From: an uncultured Planctomycetota bacterium
GTDB taxonomy: Bacteria; Planctomycetota; Phycisphaerae; Tepidisphaerales; Tepidisphaeraceae
Length of the DNA: 64,000 nt
Assembly: GCA_963841915.1 (NCBI GenBank)
Contig: CAWJEN010000006.1
Location: forward strand, 1,504,001 to 1,568,000
Direction of reading: 5' to 3'
The notes below the pieces were generated by a model, which saw only the letters and a program-made list of their open reading frames with translations, ran no database searches and was not told where the DNA came from. How positions within the stretch are numbered: position 1 is the stretch's first letter; each line of letters begins with the position of its first letter. Positions 32,934 through 42,786 of this stretch are shown piece after piece. Both the position numbers and the translations under genes were made by a program.

Positions 32934-33968
32934 ATGACCCATCGCCCCCGATTTGCCATCGCCCCCGTCCGCCGCGGCTTCACGCTCATAGAGCTGTTGG
33001 TGGTGATCGGGATCATCGCGTTGCTGGTGGGCATCCTGGTCCCGGTGGCTGCGACGATCCGCACCCGCGCCATGGGAGCCGACACGAAGGCGCTCATCCG
33101 AGCAATGAGCGACGCAGCGGATGCGTACTACACGGACTTCGAGGCGTATCCGGGCATCCTGCCGGATTCGGCGCTTGGGCCTCCTCCGGTTCCTAATCCA
33201 ATCGCGTTTGACATCGATGCCAGCTCCGGCACGTATGCCGGTAACGGCGGTGACCTGCTCGCGGGTAACGCCACAGGCGGCATCACCGGAGCAGAGAACT
33301 TCGTTTTGAGCATGATGGGCGGACTTCGGTACAACGGACCTGACATTGTCTTTGATCCGACCCGCGTCGGTAGCGGGGCGGTCGACCTTGCACCAGGCGG
33401 TCAGGGTCAGCGGTTCGGTCCCTACCTCGACATCGCACGCTCGCGCCTCTCGTTCGGCGGTGACGGCGACATCACCGGCCGCTTCAGTGACGACAACGGC
33501 GTCGCCCGCGACAGTGAGATTCCCGAAGTCGTCGACGCGTACAACAACCCGCTGCCGATCCTCTACATGCGGGTCAACAAGCGGACCAACAACAGCTCGG
33601 CCGTCAGCGACCTCACCGGTCGGCCCAGCTTCTTGCTGGGTCAGGTCACCGGCTACACCGGCCCGATCAGTGGCGCGCCCGGTCCGACCGGCGTCTATCT
33701 CGGCGTCGGTCGAGATGAAGTCAACAATTTCCACTCGATTAACGGTCAGTTTCACGGCCTACAAGCCGGTGGCGACGGCACCGACACCAACGGCTTCAAC
33801 GCCGCCAGTCCTGATGGCCCGTACGACGGCAACTTCTACCTGACGCGAGGCGGATCCGGCCAGCTCGCAGACGTCGTCAAGGACTCCTTCGTCCTCATCA
33901 GTGCCGGCCCCGACCGCGTCTACGGCACCCGCGACGACATCACCAACTTCGGCACCCCGCTCGAATGA
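32934..33968 (+). CDS. Type IV pilin/pseudopilin-like protein
   Basis: RRGFTLIELLVVIGIIALL class III signal; C-terminal LISAGPDRVYGTRDDI. Confidence 0.9.
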   Translation: MTHRPRFAIAPVRRGFTLIELLVVIGIIALLVGILVPVAATIRTRAMGADTKALIRAMSDAADAYYTDFEAYPGILPDSALGPPPVPNPIAFDIDASSGTYAGNGGDLLAGNATGGITGAENFVLSMMGGLRYNGPDIVFDPTRVGSGAVDLAPGGQGQRFGPYLDIARSRLSFGGDGDITGRFSDDNGVARDSEIPEVVDAYNNPLPILYMRVNKRTNNSSAVSDLTGRPSFLLGQVTGYTGPISGAPGPTGVYLGVGRDEVNNFHSINGQFHGLQAGGDGTDTNGFNAASPDGPYDGNFYLTRGGSGQLADVVKDSFVLISAGPDRVYGTRDDITNFGTPLE

Positions 33969-35050
33969 TGCCCCTCCCGACGACGCCCGTTCTGCCTCGC
34001 GACCGCCGACGCTCCGCCGTGTCGCGACGCGCCCGTGCGTTCACGCTCGTCGAGCTGCTGGCCGTCATCGGCATCATCGCCTTGCTCGTCGGCATCCTCG
34101 TGCCGACCATCAGCGGCATCGTCCGAAGCGGACGCGACTCCGCACAGCGTCAAGCGCTCAACTCGCTCGCCCGGGCGCTCGACGCCTACCGCGGCGATCA
34201 CAACGACATTCCCCGCTTCAGCGACGATGGGGGCAACTTCAATCGCGCAGACGTGACGCCCGATCGGGGCGCGAGACTACTCGCTCGTGCTCTTTTCGCT
34301 CCGGCGCCGAAGACCGATTCTGCTGTCACCCCGGCAGGTTGGCAGGGTGATTCGACAGCTCAAAGGGCAGCTCGAGCGGACGCTTTTCAGGACGGTTTCG
34401 AGGGGCCAGGCTTCAAGTCACAACGGCAGGTCGTACCCAACGGAAGCTCGGGACTGACGTTCTACCTGCCCGGCGAGACCTACGGCCCCTACCTGCCGCC
34501 GGACCGGTGGAACCTGCAGACGTTCAACGGCGACGTGACGCCTGAAGCCGTTATCCTCGACGCCAACGGCCTGCCGATCTTGTACTACCCGGCCCGCCGC
34601 ACGACGCCACCCCTGGGTGACGCCGCCGCCGATGGTGGATCGTACGCGTCTCCGATCACTTCCAACGGCAATGGCATAGCCGCTGCCAACCCGCCGGCGC
34701 TCTATAACGAAGCTGACAACGCCATGTTCATGGCGTCGGAGGCGGTCGCCACGTCGGCTGCAAATCTGCCGACGGGTTATTCTGCCGCCGACGCCGCAGA
34801 GCTCACCTTCTTCCGCCAGCTCATCGGCGACACGAATGCCAACGGCATCATCGATGATGCCGAGAAGCCGATCGTCAAGCCGTACCTGCTCATCGCCAGT
34901 GGTGCCAACGCAGCCGACCGTGGTGCTCTCAACGCACCGACGGACAACATGGCTGCGGGCTTTGCCACCGATTACGCCAATTTCCTCAAAGCCGCCGGCT
35001 GGGAGATTGCCCGCAGCCCCATCACCAGCTTCGACGCCGAACGCGAGTAG
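33965..35050 (+). CDS. Type IV pilin/pseudopilin-like protein
   Basis: RAFTLVELLAVIGIIALL; DANGLPILYY; YLLIASG. Confidence 0.88.
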   Translation: MMPLPTTPVLPRDRRRSAVSRRARAFTLVELLAVIGIIALLVGILVPTISGIVRSGRDSAQRQALNSLARALDAYRGDHNDIPRFSDDGGNFNRADVTPDRGARLLARALFAPAPKTDSAVTPAGWQGDSTAQRAARADAFQDGFEGPGFKSQRQVVPNGSSGLTFYLPGETYGPYLPPDRWNLQTFNGDVTPEAVILDANGLPILYYPARRTTPPLGDAAADGGSYASPITSNGNGIAAANPPALYNEADNAMFMASEAVATSAANLPTGYSAADAAELTFFRQLIGDTNANGIIDDAEKPIVKPYLLIASGANAADRGALNAPTDNMAAGFATDYANFLKAAGWEIARSPITSFDAERE

Positions 35051-35800
35051 GTGGCGTCGATGCAGCGTGTCCAGCAGTCCGAGTCCAAGGACGCAGCTCC
35101 ACCAGCCGCAAGGCGTCGGGTTGCGTCTTGCCGCTACGCGACGGCACTGGTTCGTCGTGGGCTTGTTTTTTCCGAGCTGTTGCTTCTGATTCTCGTCCTG
35201 CTGGTCGTCTTCGGCCTGATCGTCAACCTCGCCCGGCGGGTCCGCCGCGAGAGCAACCATCAGCTTGCCGCCCGCGTGCTTGTCGAGCTCGAGGCGGCCC
35301 TGGCCGGTTACCGCGATGAGACAGGCGAAGCTCCTGCCGTCATTCCTTCACTGCTGCCCGCCGAGTACGACGCCGGCCGCCTGACGGACATTGATCTGGC
35401 GGCTTTTGGCGAGGCCGTCCTGAACCTCGACGAGCGAGCCCTGGCCAACAACCGGGCGTCGCTCCGTCTGCTCGCCTTCGGCTTTCGACGCGCTGGCGAA
35501 GACGCCGACGCAGCATCAGCAAGTAGCCTGCTGGTCGGCACGCTCGGTGACGCCTTGTTCGACGGCGGCACGCTCCGTGACCCGTGGGGCTCGCCGTTCG
35601 CCTACATGGCAGGCGGCTCACCGCTCATCGGCACCGCGGCGGGGAATCGCCCGTACTTCTTCAGCGCCGGCCCCGACGGCTTGTACCTCACCCGCGGCGA
35701 CAACCTGTATGGCTACGAGCTGACTGGTGGCGACCTGCCTTTGTCTGATTTGGCGTCGCTGGTGGACGATTCAGGCGATCCACCGGTGGACACGCCGTAA
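35051..35800 (+). CDS. Pilin-like protein with a degenerate N-methylation motif
   Basis: RRGLVFSELLLLILVLL; DPWGSPFAY...FFSAGPDG...DNLY. Confidence 0.75.
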   Translation: MASMQRVQQSESKDAAPPAARRRVASCRYATALVRRGLVFSELLLLILVLLVVFGLIVNLARRVRRESNHQLAARVLVELEAALAGYRDETGEAPAVIPSLLPAEYDAGRLTDIDLAAFGEAVLNLDERALANNRASLRLLAFGFRRAGEDADAASASSLLVGTLGDALFDGGTLRDPWGSPFAYMAGGSPLIGTAAGNRPYFFSAGPDGLYLTRGDNLYGYELTGGDLPLSDLASLVDDSGDPPVDTP

Positions 35801-35845
35801 TCTTCTGCAGCGTTTAAGCCCTTCGAAGCCTCCGACGCGCCCGCT

Positions 35846-36688
35846 ATGACCACGACCGCCACGATCTATCGCCCGTCCGCCGGTCGGCGACGCGCTGTCG
35901 CACCGGGTTTTACGCTCATCGAGCTGCTCGTCGTGCTCCTGATCCTGTCCATCATCTCGGCCATGGTCGTCGTCGGGCTATCGAGCGTGCTGGGCAGCAA
36001 CGAGCGGCGCGTGACGGAGGGCCGCCTGGCCCTGCTCGAGACGATGGTCGAGAACTACCGCCAGCAAACCACCACCGGCAGCGGCCAGGGACTTACGTCA
36101 AACTCACGGTCGCTGCCGGCGGCGAGTGAGCCCGCCCACGACTTTCCGATCGGCGATAGAGCTAGCCTCTCGCAGGCTGCAAAAGCGTTACTTGATGCCA
36201 CGCCCGCCGAGCCTGACAATGTGCTGTCGGACACGCAGCTCGTCATGCGACAGTTGCTCGCCGTTCCCGCCAATCGCGAGCTTGCCGCCGATCAGCCGGC
36301 GGACTTCCTGCAGGAGTCGTTCCGCTGGCCCACCGCAGATCGCGACTCAGAAACAGACGGTGTGGGTGACGATACGGGTCTCCGCCTGAATGACTTCACC
36401 GCAGCCGAGCCGACGCTGACGACGGCTGTTCCGACTGACGCGCAGGACAATGTGATTCTGTTCGCATCGAGCAACGGGCTCATCGTCGACGGGGATGGCC
36501 TGATTCGACCAGATGGACCCTGGTGGAACGCGCCGAGTCGCTCGACCAGCATCTCCGTCGTCGCTCGCGATGGCCGGCCGTTCTTCTTCTCCGCCGGTGC
36601 CGACGGCAACCCGAAGACGCACGAGGACAACGTCTACTCCCGTCCCGTCGTCGGCTTCGACGTCGGCAACAACGTCTACAGCGAGTGA
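35846..36688 (+). CDS. Type IV pilin/pseudopilin-like protein
   Basis: PGFTLIELLVVLLIL; RPFFFSAGADG...DNVYS. Confidence 0.88.
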   Translation: MTTTATIYRPSAGRRRAVAPGFTLIELLVVLLILSIISAMVVVGLSSVLGSNERRVTEGRLALLETMVENYRQQTTTGSGQGLTSNSRSLPAASEPAHDFPIGDRASLSQAAKALLDATPAEPDNVLSDTQLVMRQLLAVPANRELAADQPADFLQESFRWPTADRDSETDGVGDDTGLRLNDFTAAEPTLTTAVPTDAQDNVILFASSNGLIVDGDGLIRPDGPWWNAPSRSTSISVVARDGRPFFFSAGADGNPKTHEDNVYSRPVVGFDVGNNVYSE

Positions 36689-36732
36689 CTCGCGTCCAAC
36701 ACTCTGCTTCACACCCCGACTTCCGCCACGTC

Positions 36733-38073
36733 ATGCTCCTGACCCGCACCCATGCCGCCCGACGCCTCGTCCGCGGCTTCACCTTGGTGGAGATGCTGGT
36801 GGTGCTTGGGATCATCTTCCTGATCCTGGCCATCGCGGTGCCGAGCTTTAGCGCGTTGTCGGGCAGCCGCAGCGTCGAGGCCGGCGAGAACGTCGCCGCC
36901 GCCGCCATCAGCCGAGCCCGCGCCGAGGCCATCCGCCGCGGCGTCACGGTTGGCGCGCTCTTCTACCCCGACGTCGAAGGCCGAACGGCCATCGCCTTCG
37001 TCGCCATCGGCGAAGCCACAGGCGATGACGATCCGTACAGCGAGTACGCCTCGCTCGTGACCAACCCAGACGCCGACTACGGCGGCTTCCTGCTCAATCC
37101 GCCGGGCGCCAACACCGTCATGCTGGCCGACACGTTCAAGGCGCTGGCCAGCGACGAGAACCCCATCGCCTACTCCGGCAACTTAATCGGCTTCGCCGGC
37201 CGTCCGATCGTGATGACGTACAGCGTCCGCAGCGAAGGCGACGCCCTGACATCGCCCGGTCTCGAAGACGTAGGCCCGTCGGTGAACGTCAACGATTCCG
37301 GCTTCGTCGACGTCATCGGCAACACGAACAACCCGTCGACCTATGCCGACGTCGGGCCCAACAGCATCATCTCGCCCGGCCGCACGCCATCGAACGAGCT
37401 CGTCCTGCTGAGCGATGTCGCCGGTGACCGCCTGCCGGTAGGGGTCGGCGTTCAGATCATCACGGGCCAGGCGCTTGAAGCCGGCGCTGCCAACAGCGGC
37501 AGAGACGGTGCGATGGTCGTCGACGCTGCGACCGCTTTCGGCGGGACGGCAGCCGGTTATGAAGAAAGCTTCATCGACCGTTACGTCCGGTTCGGCATGA
37601 TTGCCTTTGATTCTGATGGCCGCTTGGCGACTCCGTCGTTCAACATTCGGCCCAACGACGCTCTTGCGACGCTGCTCGGCCTCAACGCGGCTGCCTCACA
37701 GACTTCGCTCGCCAACAGCAGCCTCAACGTCGCTGGCAGCTTCCCCGCCTTCACGGCCGGCGTCGGCGTGATCGTCTACCGCAATGAAGCCTTCGAACGA
37801 GCTCCGGCCGACGAAACCGCAACGGAGTGGCAGGGCAGCTTTTTCTCGAGCGTCGATGCACCCTCCATCTCCTGGGTCGCTTCGACCGAGAGTGATCCGT
37901 CGAGTTACTTCCCAGATTTTGACGTGCAGGCCGCAGGTGACCCGTTCGTCAACACGGGTGAACTGCTCGACAACGAGTATGCCGAGGAACGCTGGCTCGA
38001 CGCCAACACGACGCCGTTGCTGGTGAACCGGTACAGCGGCACGTTGTCGAGCAACCTGGGCGAGCAGCCTTAA
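36733..38073 (+). CDS. Minor pilin, FimT/GspH-like
   Basis: Start ATG 36733; RGFTLVEMLVVLGII...AAISRARAEAI; C-terminal LLVNRYSG. Confidence 0.82.
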   Translation: MLLTRTHAARRLVRGFTLVEMLVVLGIIFLILAIAVPSFSALSGSRSVEAGENVAAAAISRARAEAIRRGVTVGALFYPDVEGRTAIAFVAIGEATGDDDPYSEYASLVTNPDADYGGFLLNPPGANTVMLADTFKALASDENPIAYSGNLIGFAGRPIVMTYSVRSEGDALTSPGLEDVGPSVNVNDSGFVDVIGNTNNPSTYADVGPNSIISPGRTPSNELVLLSDVAGDRLPVGVGVQIITGQALEAGAANSGRDGAMVVDAATAFGGTAAGYEESFIDRYVRFGMIAFDSDGRLATPSFNIRPNDALATLLGLNAAASQTSLANSSLNVAGSFPAFTAGVGVIVYRNEAFERAPADETATEWQGSFFSSVDAPSISWVASTESDPSSYFPDFDVQAAGDPFVNTGELLDNEYAEERWLDANTTPLLVNRYSGTLSSNLGEQP

Positions 38074-38129
38074 TCGCTGCCGCGACATCGACCCGCTACT
38101 GCCGTACTGACTGACTTTTGCCCCCGATC

Positions 38130-39312
38130 ATGACCGTTACCGCCACGAGTATCGCCCGCCACACTGCCGCCCGTCGGCGGGGCGTTCGCGGCGGGTTCAC
38201 GTTCATCGAGGTGATGTTCGCCGTCCTGACGTTGTCCGCGGGCGTCATCATGATCGCCACGCTGCTGCCTGCTGCGCTGCGGACGGCCCAGGAGACACGC
38301 GAGAACGCGCTCGGCCTGGCCACGCTCGAGGGCGGGTACCACACTTTTCGCGCGACGCTGCCTGAAGATGCCGGGGAGATACCGGTCAGCGTCGACGCTG
38401 GCATGCTCGGCCGCGTGATGACGTGGCCCGCCGCCGACGAGGCTGCTTTGCCCAATGATGTCATTAATCTCTGGTGGCGCACCCTCGGCAACCGTGTTTC
38501 CTCAGCCGATCCGGAACAGATGTGGATTCCGTTCTTCTACCGGCCCAGTGTGTCGGCCGCCGCTCAGGTAGCGATGGTCTCCACTCGGTCCCGTGCCGAA
38601 ATTAGCTATCCTGCCGGTCCATCTTCGCCGGGGTACAACGCCTTTTTCGAGGTGGACCTGAGCGGTGGCGCACCCGTGGCCGGGCCGCTGGTGCTGGAGG
38701 ACAATCATCCGCTTCCAATCAGCGTTGCCACGCTCGGCGGCGCGGGCGTTTTGGTGGCTGGCGAGCCGGCGATTCAGACGCAGACCGACATCGTGCGCAT
38801 CTTCCCACGGTTGCAGCCCGACGGAACGCCTGGCACTGGTAGCCTGGGCGTCGAGCAGATCGCCGAAGCCGCCGTCGAGGGGGCGGCCATCGTGCTCGTC
38901 GACAACCTGGGCCGCCTCCGCGTCTACCGGCTCGGTGAACGCATCGGTTACAATGGACCCTCGGCACCGGGACCAGACTTCATCACCTACTCGCTTCAGC
39001 CCGGTAGTCTCGACACAAGCAAGTTCTTCAACGGAGGCAACGACGCTAACCCGGATAACGACGGCTTCCTCGATGCCACCGCTAGCACGCGACGGCTTCA
39101 CGCTCGGTGATTGGGAAGATGTCTCTGGTACGGACAGTCCACCTACGCCATTCGGCGACGGTGCAAGCGATCTTGATCCCGTGCCCGCTTATCTTGTCGG
39201 TCGCATGCTTGACGATCCCACCGGTGACAGCGGCCCCTGGGACGAGAACGACAACCCCCACGTCGGCCCGTCGCAGGTCATCAGTGTGCTGCAAGGCCAG
39301 ACGGTCAGGTGA
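38130..39312 (+). CDS. Minor pilin, PilV/GspI-like; probable frameshift near 39080
   Basis: GGFTFIEVMFAVLTLSAGVIMIATLLP; a protein-like C-terminus (AYLVGRML...GPSQVISV) continues in the frame of ORF 38665-39312. Confidence 0.78.
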
Positions 39313-39484
39313 ATTCGTTAAGCCGGATAACGTCGAACGCCTCGGAGGGCAGAGTGGCCAAGGCGCTTGAGTGCATCGGTCCGGTGTGCTGTTCCGCGAC
39401 GGGTTGCGTCCTGCTCGCCTCAAACCACTGAAGTGGCATGGCCGGGGGTTTCCCGCCGTCGCCGGACGTTGCGAAGAGTGGGGC

Positions 39485-41407
39485 GTGACCCGCCTGCCTC
39501 TTCGATCCCGCCGTGCCGTCGGCATGAGCCGCGGCTTTACGCTGACGGAGCTGATGATCAGCGTTGTCCTCGTGCTGGTGCTGACGCTGGCAATCGCGTT
39601 GATTTTCGACACGACCAGCCGCGTGATCTCCAAGGCGACAGCCGTCCAGGTCGCCACCCGGAATCTCGACGCCGTCCGCACGACGTTGGCCCAGGATTTC
39701 ACCGGCAACGACGGGATCGACAGCGACATCTTCGTCGACACCGCCGGAGTCCTGCCGCTGAGTGAGCAGGCGATGATCGTGCTCAGCAGCGGCTACACCG
39801 CGACATGGCGAAACGAAGAAGACGCTGACAGCGACCTCAACGATTGGAGACTCATTTCAGACACCGGCACCATTGGCGATTGGATTGATGCGGCGCTGAG
39901 TGCAGATGTAGCCGGCGACGGAACGGAAGTAACCATCAATCCGCTCGCTTTCGGGTTGAGGTCGTTTCGCGTCGATCAATTCTCAATGTTTGCCAGCGGT
40001 GGCTTCGAGAGCGAGGTTGCGGTCGGAGCGGCAACGCCTTACCAAGCGGACAACGCACTGATTTATTACGGTCACCTGCGCGTGTTCAACAATGACTATG
40101 GCCAGGCTGCTGGCCTGCAGGATCCTGCTGCTTTCGGCGTTCCGGGTGTTCCTTACGCAGGCAATCCGGGCGGGACCGTCGGGCAGGAAAACGTAAACAA
40201 TCGCTTTGCCGACCAGTTCATGCTGGGCCGTGTGGCATTGCTTGCAGCGGCTCCCAATGCGTCTGATCCGACCGCGAGCGCAGATCTGTACGACCAAGAC
40301 TACTACACCTCGCCGGACGGCACGGCGTATCCGTTCGTGCGGCGGAACTGGAACTTCGTTCGAGAGAACAACCGAGCCTTCGGACCGCTTGCCAGCACGT
40401 CGCCGGTTCGCATCTATGACGGCACCTCGCTCGTCCCCGTGGTCGATGTCAACAGCACCAACATCGCCCTTCAGGCGGGAGTTGCAGACATCTTGGGCGC
40501 GTCCGTCTCGGAACTCCGCGAACGTTTCGACTTCATCATCGAGACCGACCCGATGGTGACCGGCGAAACAACGAAGCAGTATCCGTATACCACCGGTGAT
40601 GGAGGATTCGATCGTCTTCCGCGAGGCGGCGGCGCGAGCCAAGGCGGCAATACAGGCGGCGACTATTTCTCCTCGTGGTTCTGGAATGATGTGAACCGGT
40701 TTTGGATCAACCCGTTCGGCCAACAGCCGTCGACGGCACAAGGCGACGCACAGCGGTCACAGCTTCTTCTGCCCGGAGCGAGCAACTTCATTGTTGAATA
40801 TGCCGGCGACTACTTCGAGCAGAACCCGCTGACCGGGGAGATTGCCGACCAGGACGGCGACGGCGTTTTCGTCGGCCCCGACGGCGTGATTGACTTTATC
40901 GTGACGCCCTCCAACGCACGGGTCATCCGCTTCTATGGCTTCCCTCGTGACGTCGACGGGAACGGCTTCGCCGAGCTGTACTTTGATGGAATGATCACAA
41001 TGCCCGGAGCTTACACGTCGACCGACGTCTTGCCGTTAAAGGACATGGTCGGATTCACCGGCGTCACGCTCGGCGTGACAGAGTTCGGTGCACCGCTCAT
41101 CTTCCCGCACGAGAAGCGGGTCCCGATCGACGGACGTCTCGCAACGTACGGCGACTCGTTCGCGACAACCCCCGCGCCGTACGTGACGACCGGCCAGCCT
41201 TACCTGTGCGCGTGGTCGCCTGCGGAGATCAACGGCAAGATCCAATTCGACGGTTTCTCCGGCGGCGCTGCGGGCACACCGGACGTCTCCTTCGACTTCC
41301 CCCTCGGCCCAAAGCTCATCCGCTTCGTCGTCACCGCCACCGATCCCGAAGGGCGGCTCGAGACGCCGATCACCTCAGAGTTCGTCTTCGAGATCCCGGA
41401 CAACTAG
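39485..41407 (+). CDS. Minor pilin, PilW/GspJ-like (~640 aa)
   Basis: RGFTLTELMISVVLVL...IALIF; FIVEYAGDY; C-terminal PKLIRFVVTATDPEGRLE...EFVF. Confidence 0.82.
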   Translation: MTRLPLRSRRAVGMSRGFTLTELMISVVLVLVLTLAIALIFDTTSRVISKATAVQVATRNLDAVRTTLAQDFTGNDGIDSDIFVDTAGVLPLSEQAMIVLSSGYTATWRNEEDADSDLNDWRLISDTGTIGDWIDAALSADVAGDGTEVTINPLAFGLRSFRVDQFSMFASGGFESEVAVGAATPYQADNALIYYGHLRVFNNDYGQAAGLQDPAAFGVPGVPYAGNPGGTVGQENVNNRFADQFMLGRVALLAAAPNASDPTASADLYDQDYYTSPDGTAYPFVRRNWNFVRENNRAFGPLASTSPVRIYDGTSLVPVVDVNSTNIALQAGVADILGASVSELRERFDFIIETDPMVTGETTKQYPYTTGDGGFDRLPRGGGASQGGNTGGDYFSSWFWNDVNRFWINPFGQQPSTAQGDAQRSQLLLPGASNFIVEYAGDYFEQNPLTGEIADQDGDGVFVGPDGVIDFIVTPSNARVIRFYGFPRDVDGNGFAELYFDGMITMPGAYTSTDVLPLKDMVGFTGVTLGVTEFGAPLIFPHEKRVPIDGRLATYGDSFATTPAPYVTTGQPYLCAWSPAEINGKIQFDGFSGGAAGTPDVSFDFPLGPKLIRFVVTATDPEGRLETPITSEFVFEIPDN

Positions 41408-41654
41408 TCGTCGCGCGGCGGCAAACGGCGGCTCATGGTATTGACTCGTCAGCATCCGCTTAGGCTGCCTGATCGCATTAGGGGACAGCCGCTGCGGAGC
41501 CGGGCATAGCGGCAGTGCCGGCGACGTCGAGTCGGCCTCATGAGTCGGGTGTGGCTTCGCGACACGTCGTGCAAGACGATGATGTCGCAGGCGGTATGGC
41601 GCACTGACTTTGCATTGCCCACTGGTTCATGGCGGCAATGCCATTGAGGCGCGG

Positions 41655-41885
41655 GCGGAGCCGAACGCTGCTACTTCGGTGCCGATCCATCTGCCTTCGG
41701 TTCCGAGTCCATGTCGGGCGGCTCCTCAGTGGCACGGAGCGGAACCGGCGGTTCAGGCTGCGGCATCGAGAGACTCCCGCTTGATGCCGCAACCGTTCAT
41801 GTCGGTGCCGACGCCGCCTTGGTTTGTGTCGACGCGGCCGTGCTCGGTGCCGCGGCGGGTCGTTGCGGAGCCGGCGACGGGCGAT
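41655..41885. repeat. Degenerate tandem array with 21-bp period: 9-nt motif plus 12-nt unique spacer, 11 units
   Basis: Motif starts at 41655, 41676, 41697, 41718, 41739, 41760, 41781, 41802, 41823, 41844, 41865 (gcggagccg, tcggtgccg, tcggttccg, gcggctcct, gcggaaccg, gcggcatcg, ttgatgccg, tcggtgccg, tttgtgtcg, tcggtgccg, gcggagccg). Confidence 0.85.
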
Positions 41886-42075
41886 AACGCGGAGACTGTG
41901 AGGTCGAACCTTCACCGCGACCGATGTCTGAGCAGCCGCAGGGCAGATCGAGACCTTTGCCGAGCGGGGGTAGTGCTCGTCCCGGCCGCGTCAGCCGACG
42001 CCCGCAGCGGCGTCGAGCAGTTGCCGCTCGTTCGCGTCCTGCTTCCTTGCGTCCACCATCCCTAAACGGTTCATT

Positions 42076-42786
42076 ATGGCCGATGACTACCTGCCACGTC
42101 GGGAACTCTTGTTGAAAGCGTGGGCGATCAACTTTCGCAACACGATTTCGCAGTCGTATGTGTCGCTGGGTCTGACGACCGACGATGCGACACAGCTTCG
42201 CGAGCGGGTCGACGCGTTCGTCGCGGCCCTACTTGTGTCCGGTCAGCCTTCGACGCGGACAACTGTGACCGTTGCGGACAAGCGAGATGCGTCTGCTGCT
42301 ATGCGGGACCTGATCCGACGGCTGGTTCGACGCATTCAGAGCCTTCCCCATCTGACGAACGTGGAGCGGGAGAAGCTCGGGATCACGCTCCCGCACAAGC
42401 CGAAGCGGGTCGCGTCTCACAGCTCCAAGCCGCCGCTGGAGGTGCCGTTCGTGCACCTTGCGGCGATTCGGGACAGGCAGCTTCAGGTTCAGCTCGTCGG
42501 TGACAACGGCACCGGCCGCAAGCCAGACGGCGTCATCGGAGCCGTCTTGTACTGGAAGCTCGACGGCCAGATCAATGCGCCGTGGCATATGAGCGAGCTG
42601 ACGTCGCAGCGGACGGTCGTCATGGAGGTGCCTCAAAGCGTTCCCGGCGGCAGCGGCGTTTGGATCTCGGCCTGCTGGCTTAATCGCCGTCTCGAACGCG
42701 GACCGGCCGCAAGACCGGAACTGGCGTTCGTCAGTGACCCGCACTACGCGTCGCCTGCCTCGACCATGCCGCAGTTGGCTGCGTGA
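42076..42786 (+). CDS. Uncharacterised protein: helical N-terminal domain plus predicted FnIII/Ig-like beta-sandwich
   Basis: DYLP...W..NF...LGLT...PSTRT...K..A...IR...IQ...LGIT, then KPDGVIG and W...WLNRRLERGP. I recognise this pattern from hypothetical proteins of Phycisphaerae; the fold is inferred. Confidence 0.75.
   Translation: MADDYLPRRELLLKAWAINFRNTISQSYVSLGLTTDDATQLRERVDAFVAALLVSGQPSTRTTVTVADKRDASAAMRDLIRRLVRRIQSLPHLTNVEREKLGITLPHKPKRVASHSSKPPLEVPFVHLAAIRDRQLQVQLVGDNGTGRKPDGVIGAVLYWKLDGQINAPWHMSELTSQRTVVMEVPQSVPGGSGVWISACWLNRRLERGPAARPELAFVSDPHYASPASTMPQLAA

Noticed and set aside
41655..41885. CRISPR array or TIGR array
   Set aside because: The repeats are only 9 nt and degenerate, spacers are 12 nt and the unit is 21 nt. 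No cas gene or Nop-domain (Tas) gene is recognisable, and I saw no box C/D motifs.
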